From NCBI GenBank assembly GCA_963766735.1, contig CAVYBU010000032.1, positions 1 to 44,469 on the forward strand: a DNA stretch of 44,469 bases. The letters run 5' to 3'. The notes under the pieces were generated by a model. That model made no database searches, was not told the DNA's origin, and worked only from the letters and a program-made list of their open reading frames with translations. The translations under genes were made by a program, and so were the position numbers. Shown piece after piece: positions 28,798-38,260 of the stretch (within the stretch, counting starts at the first letter, position 1; each line of letters begins with the position of its first letter). This stretch comes from an uncultured Chloroflexia bacterium (GTDB lineage Bacteria > Chloroflexota > Limnocylindria > Limnocylindrales > CSP1-4).

Positions 28798-29593
28798 ATG
28801 GACGACGTCGCGATCGGCCGGCTCGTGGGGGTCATTCGCCGCCGACTTGGGCTGCGCCAGACCGATGTTGCCGATCGCGCGAAGGTCAGCCAGCAACTGG
28901 TGTCCCTCCTGGAGACGGGCGGGCTCGGACGGCTCTCGCTAGAGGCGGCACGAGGGATCGCCTCAGCGCTCGGCGCAGAGCTCGTGGTCACCGTGCGGTG
29001 GCGCGGCCCGGATCTGGATCGCATGCGCGACGAGGGTCACGCCGCCGTGGTCGCGACGATCGCGTCGATTCTCAACGCCGAGGGGTGGCTGACCGCCGCC
29101 GAGGTGACCTATTCCGAGTACGGGGAGCGGGGCTCGATCGATCTGCTGGCCTTCAACCCGGCGGCGAGAATCCTGCTCGTGGTGGAGGTCAAGACCGAGG
29201 TCGTCTCGGTCGAGGAGACGCTCAGGCGCCACGATGCCAAGGTCCGGCTCGCGCCACGGATCGCGCGACAGCGGTTCGGCTGGAGTCTCCGTCGCGACAT
29301 GCCCCCTGCTGGCGATCACCGACACACGCACTGCTCGCCGCCGGATCGAACGTCACGACGGGGTGTTCGGCAGGACGTACCCGGTCCGCGGATGGGCGGC
29401 GCGGGCATGGCTCCGGAAGCCCGTGGCGGGGGCTGGTCTCCTGCTGTTCCTGACAGGTACCAGTCAGGCTGGTGGTCGGCAAGGTCCAGTCAGTTCGCGA
29501 CGCGTCCGCGTTGCTCGTCCGTCCGGCGCTGAGCACGCCGGACCGGCGCCAGTGGGCCGATCTCATCCGGATGGGCGCCCGAGTCCCGACTAG
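28798..29593 (+). CDS. XRE-family HTH fused to a PD-(D/E)XK nuclease-like domain; frameshift at ~29283
   Basis: RRRLGLRQTDVADRAKVSQQLVSLLETG (HTH), GERGSIDLLAF...LLVVEVKT (D...ExK). Continues as LLAITDTRTARRRI...RAWLRKP in the next frame. Confidence 0.7.
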
Positions 29594-29666
29594 CACCAGC
29601 CCCGCTGGTAGGTGGCGGGGTCTCCGCCTCCGACGCCCGCTTGCACCAGCCCCGCTGGTGGGTGAC
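29593..29666. repeat. Two ~24-bp direct repeats, each with an internal palindrome
   Basis: GCACCAGCCCCGCTGGT(A/G)GGTG(G/A)C at 29593 and 29643; ACCAGC/GCTGGT stem. Confidence 0.6.
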
Positions 29667-29731
29667 AGGACCTGGTGCCGGCCGTTACGGCTCGGCTACG
29701 GACCGGCCTGGTCCGGCCGGCGGCGGACCGA

Positions 29732-29806
29732 CCGCGCCCCGCAATCGCCCCCGCGCCCCGCAATCGCCCCCGCCACCCACGATCGCCCCCGCGCCCGCAA
29801 TCGCCC
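29732..29806. repeat. About four tandem copies of a ~19-bp unit
   Basis: CCGCGCCCCGCAATCGCCC twice exactly, then two degenerate copies. Confidence 0.75.
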
Positions 29807-29869
29807 CGCAACCGTCGACCTGCCTGGGCCCGCGCCGGTCGCCTCTACCCCTGCCGGTCGCCGCTACAC

Positions 29870-30982
29870 CTAGAACATCACCATCTGGCGCGCCGCCTCG
29901 CCGGAGCGCAGCCGGTCGAACGCGTCCTCCAGGTCCTCCAGCGGGAGGCGGCGGTCGATCAGCCGGTCGATCGGCAGGCGTCCGGCCAGGTAGGCCTCCG
30001 CGTACTTGGGGAAGTCGATGGCGGCCACTGCGGACCCGTAGTTCGAGCCCAGGATCCGCCGCCCTCCGTCCACGAACGGGAACGCCTCGAACGACGCGTC
30101 CTGCCCGAATCGCGTGAGGCCGACCAGCACGGCGGTCCCGCCCGGGGGCAGCGCGGCGATGGCCTGGGAGATGGTCGCCGGCAGCCCGATGGCCTCGAAC
30201 ACGAAGTCCGGGCCGCCGTGCCCTGCCGCAGCACGGATCGCGTCCACGGTTGCGCTGGGGTTGGCCGGATCAGCATGGATCAGGTGCGTCGCGCCCAGGT
30301 CGCCGGCAAGGTCGATCTTTGCCGCGCTGACGTCCACCGCGATGATCCGGGACGCGCCAGCGAGCGCCGCCCCCATCACGCACGAGAGCCCGACGCCGCC
30401 GAGCCCGATGACCGCCACCGTGGCGCCGGCCGGGACCTCGGCGGTCTTGACCACCGCCCCGACGCCGGTCGAGACGCCGCAGCCGATGAGGGCCGCGACC
30501 TCGGGGGAGACCCCGTCGGGCATCGGCACGACGGCCGTCGCGGGAACGACCTGTGCGGACGCCATCGTCCCGATCGACAGGTAGGCGAGAACGGGCGTGC
30601 CGTCGGGCCGGGACAGGCGCGTGGTGCCGTCGGCCTGTGCGTGGCGGAGGGACGGGGAGCCGGAGCACAGCCACTGGCGGCCCCGCTGGCATTCGCGACA
30701 CCGCAGGCACGGGGCATACCAGGACAGTGCGACGGACCGCCCGACGATTGACGCATCGACCCCCGGGCCAACCGCCTCGACGACGGCGGCGCCCTCGTGA
30801 CCCATGACGATGGGGCCTGGGCGCTTCCAGTGTCCGTCGCGCACGTGGAGGTCGGAGTGGCAGACGCCGGCGGAGGTCATGCGCACCAGGATCTCGCCCG
30901 GGCCCGGGTCCGCGAGTGACAGCATCTCGATGGAGACCGGCACGCCGGCCCGCTCGATGACCGCCGCGTTGACCTCGCGCAT
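29870..30982 (-). CDS. Zn-dependent alcohol dehydrogenase (MDR family)
   Basis: GVCHSD, GHEGA, structural CxxCxxC...C, GCGVSTG, GLGGVG. Confidence 0.93.
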   Translation of the reverse strand: MREVNAAVIERAGVPVSIEMLSLADPGPGEILVRMTSAGVCHSDLHVRDGHWKRPGPIVMGHEGAAVVEAVGPGVDASIVGRSVALSWYAPCLRCRECQRGRQWLCSGSPSLRHAQADGTTRLSRPDGTPVLAYLSIGTMASAQVVPATAVVPMPDGVSPEVAALIGCGVSTGVGAVVKTAEVPAGATVAVIGLGGVGLSCVMGAALAGASRIIAVDVSAAKIDLAGDLGATHLIHADPANPSATVDAIRAAAGHGGPDFVFEAIGLPATISQAIAALPPGGTAVLVGLTRFGQDASFEAFPFVDGGRRILGSNYGSAVAAIDFPKYAEAYLAGRLPIDRLIDRRLPLEDLEDAFDRLRSGEAARQMVMF

Positions 30983-31012
30983 CGTGTCCTCCAGGAGCGT
31001 CTCGTCGCCGCG

Positions 31013-34000
31013 TTAGCCGGTGTTCTGGAGGCCCGCGGCGATCCCGTTGATGGTCGCACCGATGACGGCCCTGGTGGCAGCCGCGCTGCGCGCGTCGAGC
31101 GATGGATCCCGGAGCCGGCCGAGCAGCTCCACCTGGACGGCCGACAACGCGTCGATGTACGGGTTGCGCAACTCGATGGAGCGGGCAAGGTCCGCATCAC
31201 CTGCCAGCAGCCGGTCCCGCCCGGTGACCAGGAGCAGCATGCGGACGGATCGCGCGTACTCCGCCTCGATCAGGCCCCGGATCGCGGTCGCCTCCGCACC
31301 CGACGCGAGGTCCGCGTATCGCCGGAACGTGCCGAGGTCTGCCTTGGCCAGCGACAGCTCGGCGTTGTCGAGCACGGATGCGAAGAACGGCCAGCCACGG
31401 TACAGGCGTGCCAGGTGATCGACGGCCTCCGGTCCGCCTCGCTCTGTCACGGCCTCGAGCGCGGTGCCCAGGCCGAACCATCCGGGCAGGTTCGCGCGTG
31501 CCTGTGACCAGGCGAACACCCACGGGATCGCGCGAAGCGAGCCGATGTCCTCACCACTCAGGGTCGGATCGGCAGAGGCGGGGGAAGCCAGCGACCTGGC
31601 AGCCGATGCCGGCCCGGCTGTTGTGCCGGCACCGGTCCTGGCTCCGGCCCGTGAGGCGGGTCGGGAGGAGGGCCGCGAGCCAAGCGCCAGCCCCGCGATC
31701 AGATCGATCGGCGTGGCGGCGCGGAAGAAAGAGCCGAACGCCGGCCGCTCCACGAGCGCCCGGTACGCCATCCTGGAGAATCCCGCCAGCTCCGCCATCA
31801 TGCCCGCACCGGCCGCCGATGCACGCGCAACCTCGGCGTCGTGCTGAGGCGTGGAGGCGAGCAGGGCGGCTGATGTCACCTGCTCCAGGTGGCGCTGGGC
31901 GATCGTCATGTCCGCGTAGTGCGCCGCGATCACCTCGCCCTGCTCGGTGAACTTGAGGCGGCCGTCCACGGAGCCCGCGGCCTGCGCAAGGATCGCCCGG
32001 TTCGCGGGTCCGCCGCCCCGCCCGATGGCGCCACCCCGTCCGTGGAACAGGGTCAGGGCGACACCATGGCGCCGCGCGGTCGCGACCAGCGCCTCCTGCG
32101 CCTGGTACAGCAGCCAGTTGGCGGCCAGGAACCCGCTCTCCTTGGACGAGTCCGAATAGCCGAGCATGACCTCCTGGGCGTCCCCACGCTCTCGCAGGTG
32201 GGCGCGATATGCGGGATCCGAGAGCAGCGCGTCCAGCAGGCCGGCCGCCCCCGCCAGCGCCTCCGCGGACTCCAGGAGCGGTACCACGTCCAACGCGGGC
32301 AGCGACGGCGGCAGATCGGCCAGGGCCGGCGCAGGCGACCCGAACGGATCGGGCTCCGCCGCACGACGCGCCAGCTCCAGCACGTTGGCGACGTCCTCCG
32401 GGGAGGTCGTGAACGAGATCACGTACCGGTGGCAGGCTCCCACCCCATAGCGCCCCTGGAGACGCGCGATGGACCGGAACGTGGCCAGGACCTCGCCCAG
32501 GGGAACGCCCGCCGCGACCTCCGTGTCCGGCCCGGCACCCATACGCAGGGCCGCAAGAGCCGCGCGGTGGACGCCGGCGTGCTGGCGAACCTCCAGTGAC
32601 GCGAGGTGGAAGCCGAACGTGGCGACCTGCCAGCGCAGGTCGGCGAGCTGACCGTGGGCCACCCTCTCGAGCCCGTCGGTGACCAGGGCTGCCTGCACCT
32701 CCGCAAGCTCCGCGTCGAACGCATCTGCGCTGGGGTAGCCACCGCTCCGGGGGGCGGTCTGGCCGGTGAGCGCGGCCCGCGTCCGCCGCAGGCGCTCCGC
32801 GATGGCGCCCAGCCGCTGCCGGTACGGCTCCTCGGGGAAGCGGCGCCGCAGGTGGCGCATGGTCTCCGGCAGCTCCTCGGCATCGCGAGCCAACCGGCTC
32901 CCCAGTGCCCGGTCGAGCCGATCCGGCGGGACTCGCGCGGCGATGGTCTGCATCAGGCGAGAAGCCACTGCCTCGTAGCCGCGGAACAGGTGCTCGGCCT
33001 GCAGGCGCGCGGCCTGGAGGGTCACCTCCGAGGTCACCCCCGGGTGCCCATCGCGGTCAGCACCGATCCATGAGCCGAACCGGAGGAGCGCCGGGGCCGC
33101 GACTGGCCGCGTCCCGGTGCGGCCGGTGTCGCCGGCATACACGGGCCGCAGAGCTGTGCCGGCCGGCTCGGGAGCTGTGCCGGCCGGCTCGCCGGACCCC
33201 CGATCGCCGTCGGCCACGGCGTCCAGCGCGCGGTCGACAGCCCGCTGGAACCGCGGCACGACGGTGAACAGCGTCTCATCGAAGATGACCAGCGCCGACC
33301 GCACTTCGTCCAGCGGCGTCGGGGCGACCGCGCGCAGGTCCGCCGTGTGCCAGAGCAGCGAGATCTCCTCGCGGATCCGGCGCCGCAGGTCGGCGTCCTC
33401 ATCCGGCGTCGTGAGCGGTGCGTCGAGCCCATCGAGAAGCCGTCGGATCCGTCGCAATGCCACCAGGAGGGTCCGACGCCGCGCCTCGGTGGGATGGGCC
33501 GTGAGCACGGAGTGGACGACCACGCCGTCCAGGATCGCCTCCCGGGCGCCCGCGTCGCGAGTGGTGGCGAGCATGCGGACGGCCTCGCCGATCGAGCCGT
33601 CGATCGCGTCACCGTGCGCTTGTCGGGCATGGTTGCGCAGGACGCGAATGCGGTCGCGCTCCTCGGCGAGGTTGACCAGCTGGAAGTAGAGGGTGAATGC
33701 CTTGACCACTTCGGCCGCCCGCCCAAGGTCCAGGGCCGCGATCTCCGACGTCAGGCGATTGCGCTCCAGGTCCGGCTCCGGGGGTGCCCCGGACCCGCCG
33801 CGGCGGAGCGTGATGGTGCGGCGGCGGATCCGCTCGACGAGAGCGAACAGGTCCGGACCACCCTGCTCCGCGATCACCTGCCCGAGCAGCGCTCCCAGCA
33901 GGCGGACCTCGTGGGCGACGGGATCCCTCGCCCGGCCCATGCCGGGGCCGGGTGGCTCCGCGGCGACGGCGGCAAACCGGTTCTCTGCCACGTGCCGCGA

Positions 34001-34063
34001 CGCTGCCGGAACGTGATCGCCGGGCGGGGAGGAACGCTTGGCATGCGGGACGCTGGGGGCCAT
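31013..34063 (-). CDS. ppc: Phosphoenolpyruvate carboxylase
   Basis: VLTAHPTE, GSWIGADRDGHP, QEVMLGYSDSSKE, FHGRGGAIGRGG, LRAIPWVFAWSQ, IAAGLQNTG. Start estimated at ATG 34063. Confidence 0.95.
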   Translation of the reverse strand: MAPSVPHAKRSSPPGDHVPAASRHVAENRFAAVAAEPPGPGMGRARDPVAHEVRLLGALLGQVIAEQGGPDLFALVERIRRRTITLRRGGSGAPPEPDLERNRLTSEIAALDLGRAAEVVKAFTLYFQLVNLAEERDRIRVLRNHARQAHGDAIDGSIGEAVRMLATTRDAGAREAILDGVVVHSVLTAHPTEARRRTLLVALRRIRRLLDGLDAPLTTPDEDADLRRRIREEISLLWHTADLRAVAPTPLDEVRSALVIFDETLFTVVPRFQRAVDRALDAVADGDRGSGEPAGTAPEPAGTALRPVYAGDTGRTGTRPVAAPALLRFGSWIGADRDGHPGVTSEVTLQAARLQAEHLFRGYEAVASRLMQTIAARVPPDRLDRALGSRLARDAEELPETMRHLRRRFPEEPYRQRLGAIAERLRRTRAALTGQTAPRSGGYPSADAFDAELAEVQAALVTDGLERVAHGQLADLRWQVATFGFHLASLEVRQHAGVHRAALAALRMGAGPDTEVAAGVPLGEVLATFRSIARLQGRYGVGACHRYVISFTTSPEDVANVLELARRAAEPDPFGSPAPALADLPPSLPALDVVPLLESAEALAGAAGLLDALLSDPAYRAHLRERGDAQEVMLGYSDSSKESGFLAANWLLYQAQEALVATARRHGVALTLFHGRGGAIGRGGGPANRAILAQAAGSVDGRLKFTEQGEVIAAHYADMTIAQRHLEQVTSAALLASTPQHDAEVARASAAGAGMMAELAGFSRMAYRALVERPAFGSFFRAATPIDLIAGLALGSRPSSRPASRAGARTGAGTTAGPASAARSLASPASADPTLSGEDIGSLRAIPWVFAWSQARANLPGWFGLGTALEAVTERGGPEAVDHLARLYRGWPFFASVLDNAELSLAKADLGTFRRYADLASGAEATAIRGLIEAEYARSVRMLLLVTGRDRLLAGDADLARSIELRNPYIDALSAVQVELLGRLRDPSLDARSAAATRAVIGATINGIAAGLQNTG

Positions 34064-34169
34064 GCGGGAGATGATGGAGCGTCGGCGGACACATCGCCAG
34101 CCGCCACGGGTTACGGTTCGACTACAAGGGCACCGTCCCGGTACCTCGCCGCAACCAACGAAGGTGGCG

Positions 34170-34937
34170 ATGACGTCTACTCTTGAGACCGCAAGAGAGA
34201 GGCAGGACGAGATGCTTGGGACACGACCCCTCCGGATCCTGGTCGTGGACGACGACCCCGCGATGGTCGGCGCCATCACCGCCCTGGTCGGAACCGAGGG
34301 CCACCAGGTCATCACCGCCTATGACGGACTGACCGCCGTCAAGCGGTTCCGGGAGGAGCGGCCGGATCTCGTCCTGCTGGACCTGGCGATGCCGGGTCCG
34401 GACGGGTTCACGGTCATCGGCCAGTTGCGCGCATCGGGGAACGTCCCCGTCCTCGTGGTATCCGGCGAGAGCGCCGAGGCCGCCAAGGTCAAGGCGCTCG
34501 GCATCGGCGCGGACGACTACCTGGTCAAGCCCTTCGGCAAGCAGGAGCTGCTTGCCCGGATCTCCGCAATCATGCGCCGCGTTGACCTGGCCGGGACCGG
34601 CCGGGACGGGGGGAGTGGAGAGGGTGCGCAGGCCGTCCTGACGGCCGGCTCGCTCACGCTGGAGCCCGCACGCCACGAGGCGCGGGTCGGGGCGATCACC
34701 CTGAGCCTCACGCCAACGGAGTTCCGCCTGGTGGAGGCGCTCGTCCGAGCCGGGGGCGACCTCGTGGCTCACCACCGCCTGGCCCGCGCCGGGTGGCCCG
34801 CGGAGCCGGATCCTGACCTGTTGTGGCTGAAGCCGCACCTCGCGCGCCTGCGATCGAAGCTGGAGGCGGTCGGCGGCCCACGCATCGTCGCCATCCGCTC
34901 CGTCGGATACCGGATCGAGGCCGACGAGGCCGCCTGA
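34170..34937 (+). CDS. OmpR-family response regulator (no adjacent kinase)
   Basis: ILVVDDD, DLVLLDLAMPGPDG, GADDYLVKPF, LTPTEFRL, wHTH ending SVGYRI. Confidence 0.9.
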   Translation: MTSTLETARERQDEMLGTRPLRILVVDDDPAMVGAITALVGTEGHQVITAYDGLTAVKRFREERPDLVLLDLAMPGPDGFTVIGQLRASGNVPVLVVSGESAEAAKVKALGIGADDYLVKPFGKQELLARISAIMRRVDLAGTGRDGGSGEGAQAVLTAGSLTLEPARHEARVGAITLSLTPTEFRLVEALVRAGGDLVAHHRLARAGWPAEPDPDLLWLKPHLARLRSKLEAVGGPRIVAIRSVGYRIEADEAA

Positions 34938-35014
34938 GGGGTGGAATCGAAACGACCCCGGGGGCTGGCCCGGAGTCGCGTCGGTGTGGTGGGGGAGTCG
35001 CCGCTCTCGTGGGA

Positions 35015-35233
35015 CTAGCCGGAGAGGGCGTGTCCTCGGGCGTCGTGCACCTGGTCGGCGCAGGCGACGCGACAGCCGCGGGCGTCGCGGCCGGCGATCG
35101 GTGCGAAGTGGAGCCACCCGTTGAGATCGGCGGCGTGCTCCAGGCGACAGCCGCAGGCTGAACAGGTCACGGGGCTGCTGGAACCTTCGACGGAACCGGC
35201 GAGTCCGTCGGTGCTGAAGGCGGGGTAGGTCAT
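35015..35233 (-). CDS. Small Cys/His-rich hypothetical protein (72 aa)
   Basis: Strong RBS GGGAGG upstream of ATG; CSACGC...WLHF...GCRVAC...H. Confidence 0.6.
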   Translation of the reverse strand: MTYPAFSTDGLAGSVEGSSSPVTCSACGCRLEHAADLNGWLHFAPIAGRDARGCRVACADQVHDARGHALSG

Positions 35234-35568
35234 GTTGGAGTCCTCCCGTTCGGGGCTCGTCCGGCAGGGGAGCCGGACGATGGGCTTCTGGAGGCCGGTG
35301 GGACCGACGGATCGCGATCAGATCCGCCGGACGTGCCGGATCGGGACGGATCCCTGACCGGGGGTGGATCGTGCGCCGTACCGCGCATCCGCGACGACAC
35401 CGCGGGGGCGACGCCCCGGTTGCGTTTGGGTTGCAGGCGGGCCGGGCCGCACGCACGGGCGGATGCGCTGCGCGCTACGCACGGCGGGATGCGCTGCGGC
35501 GCCCCGCATGGCCGGGCCTGCTGCGACGTGAGCTCCATCAGGCCGCAGGGATCCGGTCAATCGCCCGC

Positions 35569-35600
35569 GACGGCCCGCGGACGGCCCGCGGACGGCCCGC
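35569..35600. repeat. Three tandem 11-bp direct repeats upstream of nhaA
   Basis: GACGGCCCGCG twice plus GACGGCCCGC. Confidence 0.7.
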
Positions 35601-35618
35601 ATCGGCGATCATGGCGCG

Positions 35619-36950
35619 ATGACACGAGAATCCCCGCCCATCGACAGGATCCTGGCGCCGCTGCGGGCGTTCACGGATGGCAGCGCATCGGGTGGCGTGC
35701 TGCTCATGGTTGCCACGATCGTCGCCCTTGTCTGGGTCAACTCCCCCTGGGCCGCCTCGTACGACGCCCTGTTGCACACCGAGCTTGGGATCAGCCTCGC
35801 CGGGTTCAACCTCACCCATGACCTGCACTACTGGGTGAACGACGCGCTGATGGCGATCTTCTTCCTGGTGATCGGCCTCGAAATCAAGCGCGAGCTGCTG
35901 GTCGGCGAGCTCGGTTCGGTGCGCGGTGCGGCCCTGCCGGCCGTGGCGGCCGTGGGGGGCGCCGTGATCCCGGCGCTGGTCTTCGTCCTCGTGGTCGGGC
36001 TGGATTCGCCCGCGACGCGCGGCTGGGGCGTGCCGATGGCCACCGACATCGCATTCGCTCTCGGGATCCTCGCGCTCCTGCGCGGCCTGGCGCCGCTCGG
36101 GCTGCGGATCTTCCTCACGGCCCTCGCGATCGTGGACGACCTGCTGGCCGTGGTGGTCATCGCGCTCTTCTACACGGACCAGATCGACCTGGGCGCTGCC
36201 GCCGCGGCGGGCGGACTGATCGTCCTCCTGATGGCCATGAACTTCCTCGGGGTCCGCCGCCTGGCCGCGTATGCGATCCCCGGCGTGCTGCTCTGGCTCG
36301 CCGTCTCCGCGTCCGGAGTCCACGCGACGATCGCGGGCGTATTGCTGGCGCTCACGATCCCCGCGCGAACGCGGCTCGACGGTCCCTCGTACGTGGAGCG
36401 GGCCGGCGACCAGCTCCGCGAGGTCGCCGCGCGGTTCCGGAGCGACGCGGGCATCAAGGAGCGACACGCTGCGCTCTGGGAACTCGAGGACATCACCAAC
36501 CATGCCCAGGCGCCGATGCTTCGCATGGAGCACTCCCTGGAACCATTCGTCGCCTTCGTCATCGTGCCGCTCTTCGCGTTCGCCAATGCCGGCGTCCGGA
36601 TCCCGTCGGACCTGGGCTCCGCCCTGTCCCAGCCGCTGGTCATCGGCATCGTGATGGGCCTCGTGGTGGGCAAGCAGCTCGGCATCATCGCCGCCGCATG
36701 GCTCGTCGTGCGATCGGGGATCGCATCGCTGCCGAATGGCGTCGGCTGGAGGCACATGTACGGCGCGGCGTGGCTCGGCGGGATCGGATTCACGATGTCG
36801 CTCTTCGTCTCCGAGCTGGCGTTCCCGGAGGGGGCGATGCTGGAGGCAGCCAAGCTGGGGATCCTCGTGGCGTCCGCGATCGCGGGCGCTGGGGGCCTCG
36901 CCGTCCTTGTCCTCGCCAACCGGCGGGTCGTCGCGCCCGACGCGACCTGA
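35619..36950 (+). CDS. nhaA: Na+/H+ antiporter NhaA
   Basis: WVNDALMAIFFLVIGLEIKRE, GWGVPMATDIAFALG, ALAIVDDL, GIGFTMSLF. Confidence 0.95.
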   Translation: MTRESPPIDRILAPLRAFTDGSASGGVLLMVATIVALVWVNSPWAASYDALLHTELGISLAGFNLTHDLHYWVNDALMAIFFLVIGLEIKRELLVGELGSVRGAALPAVAAVGGAVIPALVFVLVVGLDSPATRGWGVPMATDIAFALGILALLRGLAPLGLRIFLTALAIVDDLLAVVVIALFYTDQIDLGAAAAAGGLIVLLMAMNFLGVRRLAAYAIPGVLLWLAVSASGVHATIAGVLLALTIPARTRLDGPSYVERAGDQLREVAARFRSDAGIKERHAALWELEDITNHAQAPMLRMEHSLEPFVAFVIVPLFAFANAGVRIPSDLGSALSQPLVIGIVMGLVVGKQLGIIAAAWLVVRSGIASLPNGVGWRHMYGAAWLGGIGFTMSLFVSELAFPEGAMLEAAKLGILVASAIAGAGGLAVLVLANRRVVAPDAT

Positions 36951-36951
36951 C

Positions 36952-38217
36952 GTGGATGTCTACATAGCTGGCGGAATCTTCCTCGTCGCCTATCTCCTGA
37001 TCGCAACCGAGCGTGTCGACCGAACCAAGGTGGCCCTGCTCGGCGGGATGCTCGTCATCGTGCTCGGGATCCTCGAGCAGGGCGAGGCCTTCGCCGCCAT
37101 CGACTTCAACGTCATCTTCCTGCTGGCGGGGATGATGGTGATGGCGGGAGCACTCCGCAAGACCGGCTTCTTCGAGTACGTCGCGGGCTATGCGATCCAC
37201 CTCTCGAAGGGCGAGCCGTTCCGCCTCCTGATCTTCCTCTCGATCCTGACGGCCGTGCTCTCGGCCATGCTGGACAACGTGACGACGGTCGTCCTGCTGA
37301 CGCCGGTCACGCTCGCGATCACGCGCACGCTCCGAGTCAACCCGTTCCCGTACCTGATCAGCGAGATCTTCGCCTCGAACATCGGCGGGACGGCGACCCT
37401 GATCGGCGATCCGCCCAACATCATGATCGGATCCGCGGCGGGCCTGAGCTTCGCCGACTTCCTGGTCAACCTGGCCCCAGTGGTCGCCATCATCTTCGTC
37501 GTGTTCCTGGGGATCATGCGGCTGACCTTCCGGTATCACATGGACGACGACGCCGACCGCCTGGATCGACTTGCGCTGGTGGATCCGTCGGCCGCGATCC
37601 TGGATCGCCCGCTGATGATCCGGATCCTGATCGTCCTCGGCGCGACGATGGTCGCCTTCGTCTTCCACTCGGCCCTGCACCTGGAGGCCGCCACGATCGC
37701 CCTCCTGGGCGCAACTGTGGTCATGCTGGTCGGCCGACTTGAGCCGCACGAGGCCCTGAGCGAGGTCGAATGGAACACGCTGTTCTTCTTCGTCGGCCTG
37801 TTCATCATGGTTGACGCGATCGTCCAGGTGGGGATCGTGGGCGGGATCGCAGATGCGGTTGCGAACGCGACCGGCGGCAATCTTCCAGCCGCCACGATCG
37901 CGATCCTCTGGTTCTCGGCGCTGGTCTCGGCGATCGTGGACAACATCCCGTACACCGCCACCGCGATCCCGGTCGTCCAGCAGTTGGCGGCGACGGGCCT
38001 CCCGGCGGAGCCCATGTGGTGGGCGCTGGCCCTGGGGGCATGCCTGGGCGGCAACCTGACGATCGTCGGAGCATCGGCGAACATCGTCGTGTCCAACGTG
38101 GCCGCGCGGGATGGCCACCCGATCACGTTCTTCCAGTTCTTCCGGTACGGGGTCGGAGTGGTTGCGGCGTCGCTGGTGATCTCGACGGTGTACCTGTACC
38201 TGCGGTACCTCATGTAG
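36952..38217 (+). CDS. ArsB/NhaD-family (SLC13/P-protein-like) anion or cation transporter
   Basis: LSAMLDNVTTV, SNIGGTATLIGDPPNIMIG, SAIVDNIP, ALGACLGGNLT. GTG 36952 follows the nhaA stop. Confidence 0.88.
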   Translation: MDVYIAGGIFLVAYLLIATERVDRTKVALLGGMLVIVLGILEQGEAFAAIDFNVIFLLAGMMVMAGALRKTGFFEYVAGYAIHLSKGEPFRLLIFLSILTAVLSAMLDNVTTVVLLTPVTLAITRTLRVNPFPYLISEIFASNIGGTATLIGDPPNIMIGSAAGLSFADFLVNLAPVVAIIFVVFLGIMRLTFRYHMDDDADRLDRLALVDPSAAILDRPLMIRILIVLGATMVAFVFHSALHLEAATIALLGATVVMLVGRLEPHEALSEVEWNTLFFFVGLFIMVDAIVQVGIVGGIADAVANATGGNLPAATIAILWFSALVSAIVDNIPYTATAIPVVQQLAATGLPAEPMWWALALGACLGGNLTIVGASANIVVSNVAARDGHPITFFQFFRYGVGVVAASLVISTVYLYLRYLM

Positions 38218-38260
38218 TGGGCGCCCGGTACGCTGTGCGCTTCATGGACCGGAGGCAATC

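Noticed and set aside
29593-29806. CRISPR array
   Set aside because: Only two palindromic repeats with one short spacer, the 19-bp units have no spacers, and no cas genes are present.
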